64,000 nt of DNA from Candidatus Latescibacterota bacterium (GTDB lineage: Bacteria; Latescibacterota; UBA2968). Under the pieces are notes generated by a model. That model worked only from the letters and a program-made list of their open reading frames with translations. It did not search any database and was not told where the DNA came from. The stretch is taken from NCBI GenBank assembly GCA_965205975.1, contig OZ242195.1, positions 1,440,001 through 1,504,000 of the forward strand. The letters run 5' to 3'. A program made the position numbers and the translations under genes. Shown here piece by piece: positions 19,415 to 28,054 of the stretch (its first letter is position 1; each line of letters opens with the position of its first letter).

Positions 19415-20905
19415 ATGATTGGTCTTGATCATACACAATCTCAGTTGCTTCAGCAGAAACTGGCCCCGCAACTCATCCAATCTTTGCGCTTGCTCCAATT
19501 GCCAACTCTGGAATTAGCGAAGTTAATTCAACAAGAATTGGAGATCAATCCTCTCCTGGAAATTGACGAAGATGTTACATTGGATTTGGAACAAGAAGAG
19601 CCCAAAGCGGAACTGGATGATGAAACCGAGAACGAAGACCAGGATGAAGAACCCGTAGAAGAATTGGAATTTGAAGACCCGGACTTAGATACACTCAATT
19701 CAGACATATTTGATGAACATGACTGGGATCACTACTTAAACGAATCCGGGTATGCCAGTCCCCGCGAAGAATTTGAATCCAATACTGAAGACTGGTACAA
19801 CGACAGGACCACTCCAAAAACGCTACGAGATTCACTTTTAGAACAGGTGACAATCGCGGATCTTTCGCCGAGTGATCGCGTCATAGCCGAATACTTAATT
19901 GGCAATATTGGCGAAGATGGGTTTTTGGGATGTTCGGCAGGAGAAGTGGCAGATGAACTTGGGGTCAATCTCGATAATGTGGAATGCGTTTTGGGGATTA
20001 TCCAGACATTTGACCCGGTAGGTGTTGGTGCGCGAAACCTTCAAGAGTGTTTGTTGATTCAATTAAAAGAAAAAAATATCACAAACGGTTTGGTTGCAAA
20101 TGTGGTACGCAATCACCTCGACGACTGGATCAACCGTCGTTTTAGCCAGATAAGTCTGGTACTTGATACAAGTGTGGATGATATGCGCGTTGTTGAGGAA
20201 GTTCTCGCATCGCTCAATCCCAAGCCCAATATTGAACCCGAACCCGCATTGAATCTCAATCATGTCATTCCCGACCTCGAAGTTCAAAATATCGGTGACG
20301 AGTACGTCGTTTCCCTGACCGATCATACCCTGCCCGAATTGCGTATTAGTCCAATGTATCGCACCTTGCTCAGACAACCGGATAAACCGGGGCGAGATGA
20401 CCCAAAATTGCGAGAGACCAAAAAATTTGTCGTTGAAAAACTCAATTCTGCGCGCTGGTTTATCAATGCAATTCACCAAAGACGCGCAACCATGCTAAAG
20501 GTCATGCGATGTATTGTCGAAAATCAGGTTCAATTTTTCGAACGAGGGCCTGGTTTTCTCAAGCCAATGGTGCTTCAAGAAGTAGCTGATAAGGTGCAGA
20601 TGCACATTTCGACTATCAGCCGCGTGAGCAATGGGAAATATGTGCAAACACCGCATGGCGTTTTTGAGTTGAAATATTTTTTTGATGGAGGATTGAGTCG
20701 ATACGATGGCGCTGATGTCTCTGCCAGAAGTGTAAAAGAAAAAATTGCAAAGCTCATTGGCGGTGAAGACGTGCAGAATCCATTGAGCGATCAACACATA
20801 GCGGCTATTCTTAAAAAAGAGGGCATTAATATCGCGCGGCGCACGGTCGCCAAATATCGAGATCAACTCAATATTAGCTCCGCGCGACTGCGGAAGGCAC
20901 TTTAG
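19415..20905 (+). CDS. rpoN: RNA polymerase sigma-54 factor
   Basis: Gln/Leu-rich region I, 'HISTISR' HTH, RpoN box 'ARRTVAKYR'. Confidence 0.97.
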   Translation: MIGLDHTQSQLLQQKLAPQLIQSLRLLQLPTLELAKLIQQELEINPLLEIDEDVTLDLEQEEPKAELDDETENEDQDEEPVEELEFEDPDLDTLNSDIFDEHDWDHYLNESGYASPREEFESNTEDWYNDRTTPKTLRDSLLEQVTIADLSPSDRVIAEYLIGNIGEDGFLGCSAGEVADELGVNLDNVECVLGIIQTFDPVGVGARNLQECLLIQLKEKNITNGLVANVVRNHLDDWINRRFSQISLVLDTSVDDMRVVEEVLASLNPKPNIEPEPALNLNHVIPDLEVQNIGDEYVVSLTDHTLPELRISPMYRTLLRQPDKPGRDDPKLRETKKFVVEKLNSARWFINAIHQRRATMLKVMRCIVENQVQFFERGPGFLKPMVLQEVADKVQMHISTISRVSNGKYVQTPHGVFELKYFFDGGLSRYDGADVSARSVKEKIAKLIGGEDVQNPLSDQHIAAILKKEGINIARRTVAKYRDQLNISSARLRKAL

Positions 20906-20910
20906 ACGAA

Positions 20911-21687
20911 TCAGTCTGTCTGTTGGGTACTGATTTCGTCTTCTGAGATTTTGTGTACACTTTTGGGATTAAAGGTCTGCTGGGTATTGATGCGAAGAGC
21001 AACTTCAATCCGCCCGCCAGTTAGCACAAAAAACTGAATCAGAAACCCGCCACCTTGCATGGTTTCAATCTGGTAAGAATCGGTGTCTAATCCGTCGAGC
21101 AACTGAGGAAGGGTGGTTTCAAACCGCGGGTGTTGTGCAATATCGGGAGGCAACGCCATAATCAGGGTTCCTGGTTCTTCATTGAGATAACTACCAATGC
21201 GTTGTCGCGTGTTGACCATGTGAGAAATAACCTTGCAGGCATAGTTGAAATCATCCCCGCCGTTCCGATCTGGCGGTACGATGCCCCAGGTGAGATGGTG
21301 GATAAAGGGATTGCCGTATCCCTGGCCAAGCATCTGATTGAGTGCGGGTTGGTCAACGGGGTGAACCACTGCGACATAGTGAAACCAGCCCCGTGCGAGG
21401 GCGGGATGCCCGGGGGGTAAACCCGATGGCACATTGATATAATCCTGTTCATCGACAGGGGAGGGGTAGCACTTGGTGTCCCAACCCGCAATATAACCCA
21501 TTGTTTTTAGAGGTCCCGCAACGAGATAAGGGGGATCCGTAAAGATCGCTGCGTGGTCCATGTTGGGATACAATTTGACACCGGCAGCAGAAATTTTTTC
21601 GGCGACTTGCAAGGCTTCGTCAAAGCGTTCAGATGCATTCTCTATTTGGAGAACTGTGTGAAAGTCTTCGGGTAATTTACAGTCCAT
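20911..21687 (-). CDS. Hypothetical protein, possibly a VOC/HPPD-like metalloenzyme
   Basis: 'MDHAAI', 'FIHHLTW', 'LIQFF..RIEVALR' spaced like a 2-His-1-Glu triad; AGGAGG RBS before ATG 21687. Confidence 0.55.
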   Translation of the reverse strand: MDCKLPEDFHTVLQIENASERFDEALQVAEKISAAGVKLYPNMDHAAIFTDPPYLVAGPLKTMGYIAGWDTKCYPSPVDEQDYINVPSGLPPGHPALARGWFHYVAVVHPVDQPALNQMLGQGYGNPFIHHLTWGIVPPDRNGGDDFNYACKVISHMVNTRQRIGSYLNEEPGTLIMALPPDIAQHPRFETTLPQLLDGLDTDSYQIETMQGGGFLIQFFVLTGGRIEVALRINTQQTFNPKSVHKISEDEISTQQTD

Positions 21688-21872
21688 AGTCTTATCCTCC
21701 TGTTGGTTAGACGATGTAATCAATAACACGTTTTTTTCATATACGTCAAGCATAAATAAATCCCGGTCACTTTGGTGGCCGGTTTTTTTTTGAAAACTTT
21801 GATTCACCCATTGCTGAAAAATTGAACGATTCGTTCCTCAATGCTATTTGGTTATACAGACCTCCAAGAACG

Positions 21873-21885
21873 TAACTTACTGATT
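21873..21885 (-). promoter_or_regulatory. Putative IHF binding site
   Basis: AATCAGTAAGTTA on the minus strand fits WATCARNNNNTTR; about 30 bp upstream of a -24/-12 element. Confidence 0.5.
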
Positions 21886-21914
21886 TAACGCCTCTTGCGC
21901 CATTTTTAAGATTT

Positions 21915-21930
21915 TGGCACGCGATTTGCA
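21915..21930 (+). promoter_or_regulatory. Sigma-54 (-24/-12) promoter
   Basis: TGGCACGCGATTTGCA is a full match to TGGCACG-N4-TTGCW. Confidence 0.75.
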
Positions 21931-21966
21931 TAAGTCATGATCAAAAAAACATTACGGGAGGTCAAT

Positions 21967-24900
21967 ATGATGAAATGTGGGATTGTTGTTGTGATGGTGG
22001 GAATGCTTTTTGTTGCACAGATTTTCGGTGCTGATAGCGATGTCGTGATCAATGAGGTCCTTGCAGATCCGCCAGCAGGAGAAAGGGGAGATGCCAATAG
22101 GGATGGTGATAGGCACGGCAGTCAGGATGAGTTTGTGGAAATACTGAATACCGGATTGGATACTATTGCGATTGGTGGGTGGGAATTGTCAGATCGTGGA
22201 ACCGATGCGAGCAACCGTTTCGCTTTCCCGTCAGGAACAGTGATTGCACCGGGCGAATACATCGTGCTTTTTGGTGGTGGTGATATAACAAAAATTAAAT
22301 CTGAATTTGAGGGCCAGGTCTTTGTCGATGACGGCAAGATCGGTGGGGGATTGACCAATGGGGGAGACGCGGTATTTCTCATAAAAACGGAAGGCGATAC
22401 GATTGCAAAAGCAGAATGGGGTAAAGAAGGGGGTAAGGACCAATCCCTGGTGCGCTATCCGGAAGGGACTGGCGGGTGGGTGTTGCACAGTGCTGATCCT
22501 GGCAAGGGATTGTTTTCGCCAGGCAAATCGCGGTCGCTTTTCGACAAACTCGAGTCTCTACCCGAATATTTGGACCTGATAGAAGGAGAGTTCGTTTCAC
22601 TGATCCCCGTGATTTATAGCTACGAAACTGGGGAAACAAGGCGTATTGAAGACGAAGTTTTATGGGTATCGTGGGATACCACTGTCGTGCGAATCGAACA
22701 CGGCGATAAGGTGGTTGCCGTGCGTGCTGGTGAGACAGAAGTTGGGTTTTTCTGGCGTGGTCGCGAGAGTCTTCACACATATATCCGGGTGTTGGAAAAG
22801 GAAAAGCCGCCCCTGGTGATCTCAGAGGTGTATCCCAATCCCGCCTGGGGCGATGCAGGCGATACCAACGGCGACGGGGTGCGGCATACTTATCAGGATG
22901 AATTTATCGAAGTGGCGAATCAGGGCAAGAATCCCATCGATATTGGTGGCTATTTCCTCGGTGATGACGATGCCTCAATAGATCGCCTATTTCGATTTCC
23001 CGATAACACAGTGCTCGATACACAAGCAGTTGTCGTGCTCTTTGGCGGGGGGGACATGCCCCTTAGCGAGCGAATATTTGCCGATGACGGGCGCATTGGC
23101 GATGGCCTGTCCAATTGGAGCGATACCGTGCAGCTATTGGCACCAGATAGCAGTACGGTGGCCGCTTCAATGGTATATGAACGCTCGACCAGAGGCGTAT
23201 CTTTTGTCAGAGACGATAATGGCAATTATGTCTTGCACAATCAGATATACGAAGAGGATTCAACTTCAGTCGGACGCTTAAAACCTGGAGATGATCCGAT
23301 TGAGCCTGAAGGATTGACCGATTCATTAACTATCCCGGATGGTATCGTATTTTCCGAAATCCTGATGCTCCCCGAACAGGTAGATGCCAACAACGATGGG
23401 ATTGTCGATCGGCATGCAGATGCTTTTGTCGAATTGACCAATATCGGCGTTGATACCCTCGACCTGAGCGGATGGATGATCGGCGATGACGATATCATTG
23501 TCTCTCGATTCTTTCCCTTTCCAGATAATGTCGTGCTCGTGCCCGGCGGTTATATCACTATTTTTGGTGGTGGGACACCTGTGGGTATTCCCGGTACTGT
23601 CTTGTCTGCCGGGGGTCAGATTGGCAATGGACTCAGTAGCGGTGGCGATGTCGTCCACCTGATCATGTCCGATGGTAAGACCGTGGTGCGGTCTGTGCGC
23701 GTGCCAAAAGCGACACCAGATGTTTCATGGCTGTTCTCGCCTGATGATCCTCCAAAGTTGCATCCCCAAATCCCCGACAGGCACGCGATGTCGCCAGGCA
23801 CATCATCAGACGGACAGGAAGGGCCTTCTATAGATACAACAAATCGAGACACGCTCAACACACAACTTCTCAAAGACCTTGTGATCTCTGAAGTCTATCC
23901 CAATCCCGCCGCAGGCGATGCTGGCGATACCAACGGCGATGGGGGGCGACACACCTATCAGGATGAGTTTGTCGAGATAGCTAATTTGGGCGCGCATCCC
24001 ATCGATATTGGTGGCTATTACCTCGGTGATGACGATGTACCTGTAGAAAAACTTTTTCGATTCCCCGAGAGTACAGTGCTCGATACGCAAGCAGTCGTAG
24101 TGCTCTTTGGCGGAGGGGATATGCCCGTTAGCGAGCGGATATTTGCCGATGACGGTCGCATTGGCGATGGCCTGTCCAATGGAGGCGATACCGTGCAGCT
24201 GTTGGCGTCAGATGGAAGCACAGTGATCTCCAAAATGACGTATGAAAACGCGCCCAAAGGTATATCATTCGCGAGAGACGATAATGGCAATTATCTGTTA
24301 CACAATCAGATATACGAAGAAGAGTCTATCTCTGTCGGACGCTTAGGACAGGACGTTGATCCGGATCAACACGAAGGACTAACTGTCTCCAATGGCATCG
24401 TATTTTCCGAAATCCTGATGCTCCCCGAACAGGTAGATGCCAACAACGATGGAATTGTCGATCGGCATGCAGACGCTTTTGTCGAATTGACCAATATCGG
24501 TGTTGATACCCTCGACCTGAGCGGATGGATGATCGGTGATGACGATATCATTGTCTCTCGATTCTTTCCTTTTCCCGATGATGTCGTGCTCGTACCCGGC
24601 GGTTATATCACCATTTTTGGTGGGGGAACACCTGTGGGTATTCCCGGTACTGTCTTGTCTGCCGAGGGTCAGATTGGCAATGGATTCAGTAGCGGTGGCG
24701 ATGTCGTCCATCTGATCATGCCCGATGGTAAGACCGTGGTGCGGTCTGTGCGCGTGCCAAAAGCGACACCAGATATTTCATGGCTGTTCTCGCCTGATGC
24801 CCCTCCAAAGTTACATCCCCAAATCTCAGGCAGGCACGCGATGTCGCCGGGCACATCATCAATTTCGGCGGCGGAATCGGACACCCTGATTGGTGTGGAT

Positions 24901-25272
24901 GGCGTATCGGGAAAACCCAGTGTTTCTGAGGGGAAAGACCAGACGGTTAACAGTCCTATCTCTGACGATTCTAAACTTAGTGGTCTGGCAATGGAGGATC
25001 ACAAATGGGGCATTTACCCATCACCCAATCCTTTCAATACAGCCACTGTATTGGGTTTTTATACGGCAGGAGGCCCTGTTTATGTAACTATATATAACAT
25101 CCTGGGACAACCCATCAGACGGTTGGTTCAACAACATTTACCTGCCGGATATTATCGACGTATATGGGATGGTAAAAATGATTCTGGAGTATCTATGGGT
25201 TCTGGAATCTATATAGTTTTTCTAAAAGATAAGAAAGCGACATTTACACAGCGCGTCGCGCTCTTGAAGTGA
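21967..25272 (+). CDS. Secreted protein with five lamin-tail domains, an Ig-like domain and a C-terminal FlgD-Ig/sorting-type domain
   Basis: Signal peptide; five '(V/I)(I/V/F)xE..D.N.DG..(E/A)F(V/I)E..N..D(I/L).GW/Y' units; C-terminal 'PNPFN..IYNILGQ..WDG..SGIY'; GGAGG RBS before ATG 21967. Confidence 0.85.
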   Translation: MMKCGIVVVMVGMLFVAQIFGADSDVVINEVLADPPAGERGDANRDGDRHGSQDEFVEILNTGLDTIAIGGWELSDRGTDASNRFAFPSGTVIAPGEYIVLFGGGDITKIKSEFEGQVFVDDGKIGGGLTNGGDAVFLIKTEGDTIAKAEWGKEGGKDQSLVRYPEGTGGWVLHSADPGKGLFSPGKSRSLFDKLESLPEYLDLIEGEFVSLIPVIYSYETGETRRIEDEVLWVSWDTTVVRIEHGDKVVAVRAGETEVGFFWRGRESLHTYIRVLEKEKPPLVISEVYPNPAWGDAGDTNGDGVRHTYQDEFIEVANQGKNPIDIGGYFLGDDDASIDRLFRFPDNTVLDTQAVVVLFGGGDMPLSERIFADDGRIGDGLSNWSDTVQLLAPDSSTVAASMVYERSTRGVSFVRDDNGNYVLHNQIYEEDSTSVGRLKPGDDPIEPEGLTDSLTIPDGIVFSEILMLPEQVDANNDGIVDRHADAFVELTNIGVDTLDLSGWMIGDDDIIVSRFFPFPDNVVLVPGGYITIFGGGTPVGIPGTVLSAGGQIGNGLSSGGDVVHLIMSDGKTVVRSVRVPKATPDVSWLFSPDDPPKLHPQIPDRHAMSPGTSSDGQEGPSIDTTNRDTLNTQLLKDLVISEVYPNPAAGDAGDTNGDGGRHTYQDEFVEIANLGAHPIDIGGYYLGDDDVPVEKLFRFPESTVLDTQAVVVLFGGGDMPVSERIFADDGRIGDGLSNGGDTVQLLASDGSTVISKMTYENAPKGISFARDDNGNYLLHNQIYEEESISVGRLGQDVDPDQHEGLTVSNGIVFSEILMLPEQVDANNDGIVDRHADAFVELTNIGVDTLDLSGWMIGDDDIIVSRFFPFPDDVVLVPGGYITIFGGGTPVGIPGTVLSAEGQIGNGFSSGGDVVHLIMPDGKTVVRSVRVPKATPDISWLFSPDAPPKLHPQISGRHAMSPGTSSISAAESDTLIGVDGVSGKPSVSEGKDQTVNSPISDDSKLSGLAMEDHKWGIYPSPNPFNTATVLGFYTAGGPVYVTIYNILGQPIRRLVQQHLPAGYYRRIWDGKNDSGVSMGSGIYIVFLKDKKATFTQRVALLK
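22816..24861 (+). repeat. Intragenic ~1 kb tandem duplication (22816-23808 and 23881-24861)
   Basis: Long near-identical nucleotide stretches at offsets of 1065 and 1053 bp. Confidence 0.9.
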
Positions 25273-25306
25273 GTGGCAAAATCTAATAGAAGGGAGGTGA
25301 AACAGG

Positions 25307-25588
25307 ATGGCACAACCCGAAATTACATTTCGTCATGGTCTGTGCAGCGCTTCGATTTTCGAAAATGAATACACGCGAGGTGGAGATTCTTTCACCGTAC
25401 GCACGGTTTCTTTTCAGAGAAGTTATTTGGACAAAGATGGGAATTGGCAAAGGACCAATAGCCTGAACGTAAACGACATTCCCAAAGCCGTATTGGTGTT
25501 GAATAAAGCGTATGAGTTTTTGACATCGAACAGCCAGGCTGAAGCAGAAGTAGATGATGCGGCAGCAATAGCAGATGAACAGGCTTGA
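25307..25588 (+). CDS. Small hypothetical protein, possibly a PC4/whirly-like ssDNA-binding fold with an acidic tail
   Basis: Four beta strands then a helix ('SASIFEN..VSFQRSYLDKDGNWQRT..NDIPKAVLVL..AYEFL'); strong GGAGGTG RBS. Confidence 0.55.
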   Translation: MAQPEITFRHGLCSASIFENEYTRGGDSFTVRTVSFQRSYLDKDGNWQRTNSLNVNDIPKAVLVLNKAYEFLTSNSQAEAEVDDAAAIADEQA

Positions 25589-25612
25589 GGAAAGGGTGAT
25601 GTTATATTAATA

Positions 25613-25645
25613 AAAGAAGGTCCGGCTATTCGCTGGACCTTCTTT
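25613..25645. terminator. Intrinsic terminator hairpin between convergent genes
   Basis: aaagaaggtccgg...ctggaccttcttt. Confidence 0.7.
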
Positions 25646-25725
25646 GCATGCCTGTTGATTTTAAGGTAATACTTATACTGCTCCGTTTGCAGTGTAAACT
25701 TGTGTATTATGACTAAATTTCTATC

Positions 25726-26022
25726 CTATGCATCCAAAGGCTCGTGCAATGCTTTCTTGATTAAAACACCGGCTTTGAAATAGCTCTTTCTCCGAGCCGG
25801 AACATAAACAATCTCACCTGTGCGAGGGTTGCGTGCAGCGGGTTTCGGTTTGGTCGGCTTGATACCCAGCACGCCAAATCCCCTGATTTCGATCCGATCA
25901 CCGTCAATCAGATTTTCTCGCATAGCGTTAAAAAGCGTATTTACAATCTCATAAGCGAGTTGCTTTTTAATTCCCAGACGATCAGATATTTTTAATGCTA
26001 TATCCTTTTTTGTCATTGTCAT
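25726..26022 (-). CDS. IHF/HU-family DNA-binding protein (IHF-beta-like)
   Basis: 'MTKKDI', 'RIEIRGFG', 'ARNPRTGE.V.VPAR', 'FKAG'. Confidence 0.92.
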   Translation of the reverse strand: MTMTKKDIALKISDRLGIKKQLAYEIVNTLFNAMRENLIDGDRIEIRGFGVLGIKPTKPKPAARNPRTGEIVYVPARRKSYFKAGVLIKKALHEPLDA

Positions 26023-26177
26023 TCGATCCTCCCATTTCACTGGTATTATCAAGGCATTAGGCTAATATATAACCCCGAACCCCTGATATGCAAGACAAAA
26101 ATGTTTCATAGTGTCACAAAATTGAAAAATTGCTTTTGCTTTGTATGTCGCTTATTTTATTATCGTTAGTGAGGATA

Positions 26178-27011
26178 ATGTCCATGAAATCAAAACCGGA
26201 AACCAGTGTAATACACCGCGTCACGCGGTATGATGGCTCTATTGGCAAATCTGTAAATGATGAGCTGGTCGTAGAAGAGCCACTTGAAATTCGCGTTGCC
26301 GGAGAATCCGTTGCCGTGACCATGCGAACGCCGGGGGCGGACCGCGCTCTTGCGCTGGGATTTCTGTATGGTGAGGGCATCATCAGTGAAATCCGCGATG
26401 TCGGGCGTGCGGAACACTGTGGGCGCCCGGGGACTCCTGAGTATGGAAATGTCATCGATGTTCTCCCTCACCCGGGCGAGATGCTTGATCCCGAAAGGAT
26501 TCGAGCAGGACGAAGAGGTACACTGATTTCATCGGCCTGCGGGGTATGTGGACGCGAGCAGATAGAAGATATGATGCAGCGGTGCCAACCCATTGGCGAC
26601 GTCCGTGCCGTTCAAGCGGCAATGATTTTTTTTGCACAGGAGCAAATGCGTCAATCCCAATACGTGTTTGCACAAACAGGGGGGGTTCATGCTGCTGCCG
26701 CATTTTCTGAAACAGGGGATATGTATTGCTGTTTTGAAGATATTGGCCGGCACAATGCAGTAGATAAGGTTGTAGGGCATTTGCTCGAAACGCATAATAT
26801 AGTAGAAAGGGAGGGAGTTCAGATACTCGCGGTAAGTAGCAGAGCGAGTTTTGAAATCGTGCAAAAGGCCGTTGTTGCGCGCATACCTGTCGTGGTTGCC
26901 GTATCTGCGGCGAGTTCATTGGCAGCAGATCTTGCGCAGGCGATGGGAATAACCCTCATTGGCTTTGCACGCGATAAAAGGATGGTCGTTTATACAGGAT
27001 CTGTGCGATAG
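26178..27011 (+). CDS. fdhD: Formate dehydrogenase accessory sulfurtransferase FdhD
   Basis: 'EEPLEI', 'MRTPG', 'SACGVCG', 'TGGVHAA', 'EDIGRHNAVDK'. Confidence 0.95.
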   Translation: MSMKSKPETSVIHRVTRYDGSIGKSVNDELVVEEPLEIRVAGESVAVTMRTPGADRALALGFLYGEGIISEIRDVGRAEHCGRPGTPEYGNVIDVLPHPGEMLDPERIRAGRRGTLISSACGVCGREQIEDMMQRCQPIGDVRAVQAAMIFFAQEQMRQSQYVFAQTGGVHAAAAFSETGDMYCCFEDIGRHNAVDKVVGHLLETHNIVEREGVQILAVSSRASFEIVQKAVVARIPVVVAVSAASSLAADLAQAMGITLIGFARDKRMVVYTGSVR

Positions 27012-27043
27012 GGTGGGAGAAGGAAGTCTCGCATTCTACTATA

Positions 27044-27071
27044 AGCGGTTGGGCTGGTTGGCCTAACCGCT
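27044..27071 (+). terminator. Hairpin after fdhD
   Basis: agcggttgggc...gcctaaccgct followed by aaatttt. Confidence 0.5.
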
Positions 27072-27088
27072 AAATTTTGCCATCTATG

Positions 27089-27117
27089 GGAACACTATTT
27101 GCAAATTTCAGGTCTAA
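27089..27117 (+). promoter_or_regulatory. Putative ECF-sigma promoter of the ABC/RND operon
   Basis: GGAACAC-16 bp-GTCTAA, 31 bp before the ATG. Confidence 0.45.
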
Positions 27118-27148
27118 TCGTTGGCAATGGTAAAAGAGGAGCATACTA

Positions 27149-28042
27149 ATGGTCATTCGGATTTCAAACCTGACAAAAGTATATCGCCGTGGCGCAGTTC
27201 CCGCCCTGGACGATGTCACATTGACCATTCCTCACGGAACATTTGGTCTGTTGGGACCCAACGGTGCGGGCAAAACAACGTTGATTAAAATTTTATCGAC
27301 TCAGATGGACGCATCGAGCGGCAACGTGACCATGGATGAATTCGATCTGGTAAAAGACCGCACAGAAATTCGCCGGCGTCTGGGATATTTGCCTCAGCAT
27401 TTTGGGACTTATCCCCAACTGACTGCTTGGGAATTTCTCGATTATATGGCTGTTCTGGGCGGTATGCACAATAGAACAGCGCGTCTAAATCGCGTGGAGC
27501 AGGCTTTAAATGAAGTCGGATTGTACGAAGCGCGCAATCGGCGCTCGGGCACGTTTTCCGGGGGCATGATGCGCCGCCTTGGTATTGCACAGACCATTTT
27601 GACCAATCCAGAGTTTCTCATTGTCGATGAACCCACCGTGGGACTTGACCCGGAAGAACGCATCCGGTTCCGGGGTATTTTGGGACGCTTGAGCAGTGAT
27701 CGCGCAATTTTGATTTCCACGCATATTGTGGGCGATATTTCAAGCACCTGCGAAGATCTCGCGGTCCTGGATACCGGACGGCTGATCTTTCGCGGTTCTC
27801 CCGGAGCACTCATTTCAAAAGCCGATGGCAAAACGTGGGAAGTGCAGGTTGATGACGCTGGCTTTGAAATGCTGTCGCGCGTGTTTCGCGTAGTCACAGT
27901 AAATGTTGAGGGCGACATGATGCGTTTGCGTATGGTGGGCGATGGCGAGCCACCCGCTGATGCCGAAGCAGTCGCGCCCAATCTCGAAGATGCCTATGTC
28001 TATTTCGTCGGAGGCGATACCACAGGCGAAATCGCCGCGTAA
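27149..28042 (+). CDS. ABC transporter ATP-binding protein (ABC-2 exporter type)
   Basis: 'GPNGAGKTT', 'FSGGM', 'IVDEPT.GLDP', 'STH', C-terminal 'PNLEDAY'. Confidence 0.95.
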   Translation: MVIRISNLTKVYRRGAVPALDDVTLTIPHGTFGLLGPNGAGKTTLIKILSTQMDASSGNVTMDEFDLVKDRTEIRRRLGYLPQHFGTYPQLTAWEFLDYMAVLGGMHNRTARLNRVEQALNEVGLYEARNRRSGTFSGGMMRRLGIAQTILTNPEFLIVDEPTVGLDPEERIRFRGILGRLSSDRAILISTHIVGDISSTCEDLAVLDTGRLIFRGSPGALISKADGKTWEVQVDDAGFEMLSRVFRVVTVNVEGDMMRLRMVGDGEPPADAEAVAPNLEDAYVYFVGGDTTGEIAA

Positions 28043-28054
28043 AGGACCAATACC

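Noticed and set aside
22816..24861. Long repeats as a CRISPR array or IS copies
   Set aside because: They are in-frame protein domain duplications with no spacers or transposase.
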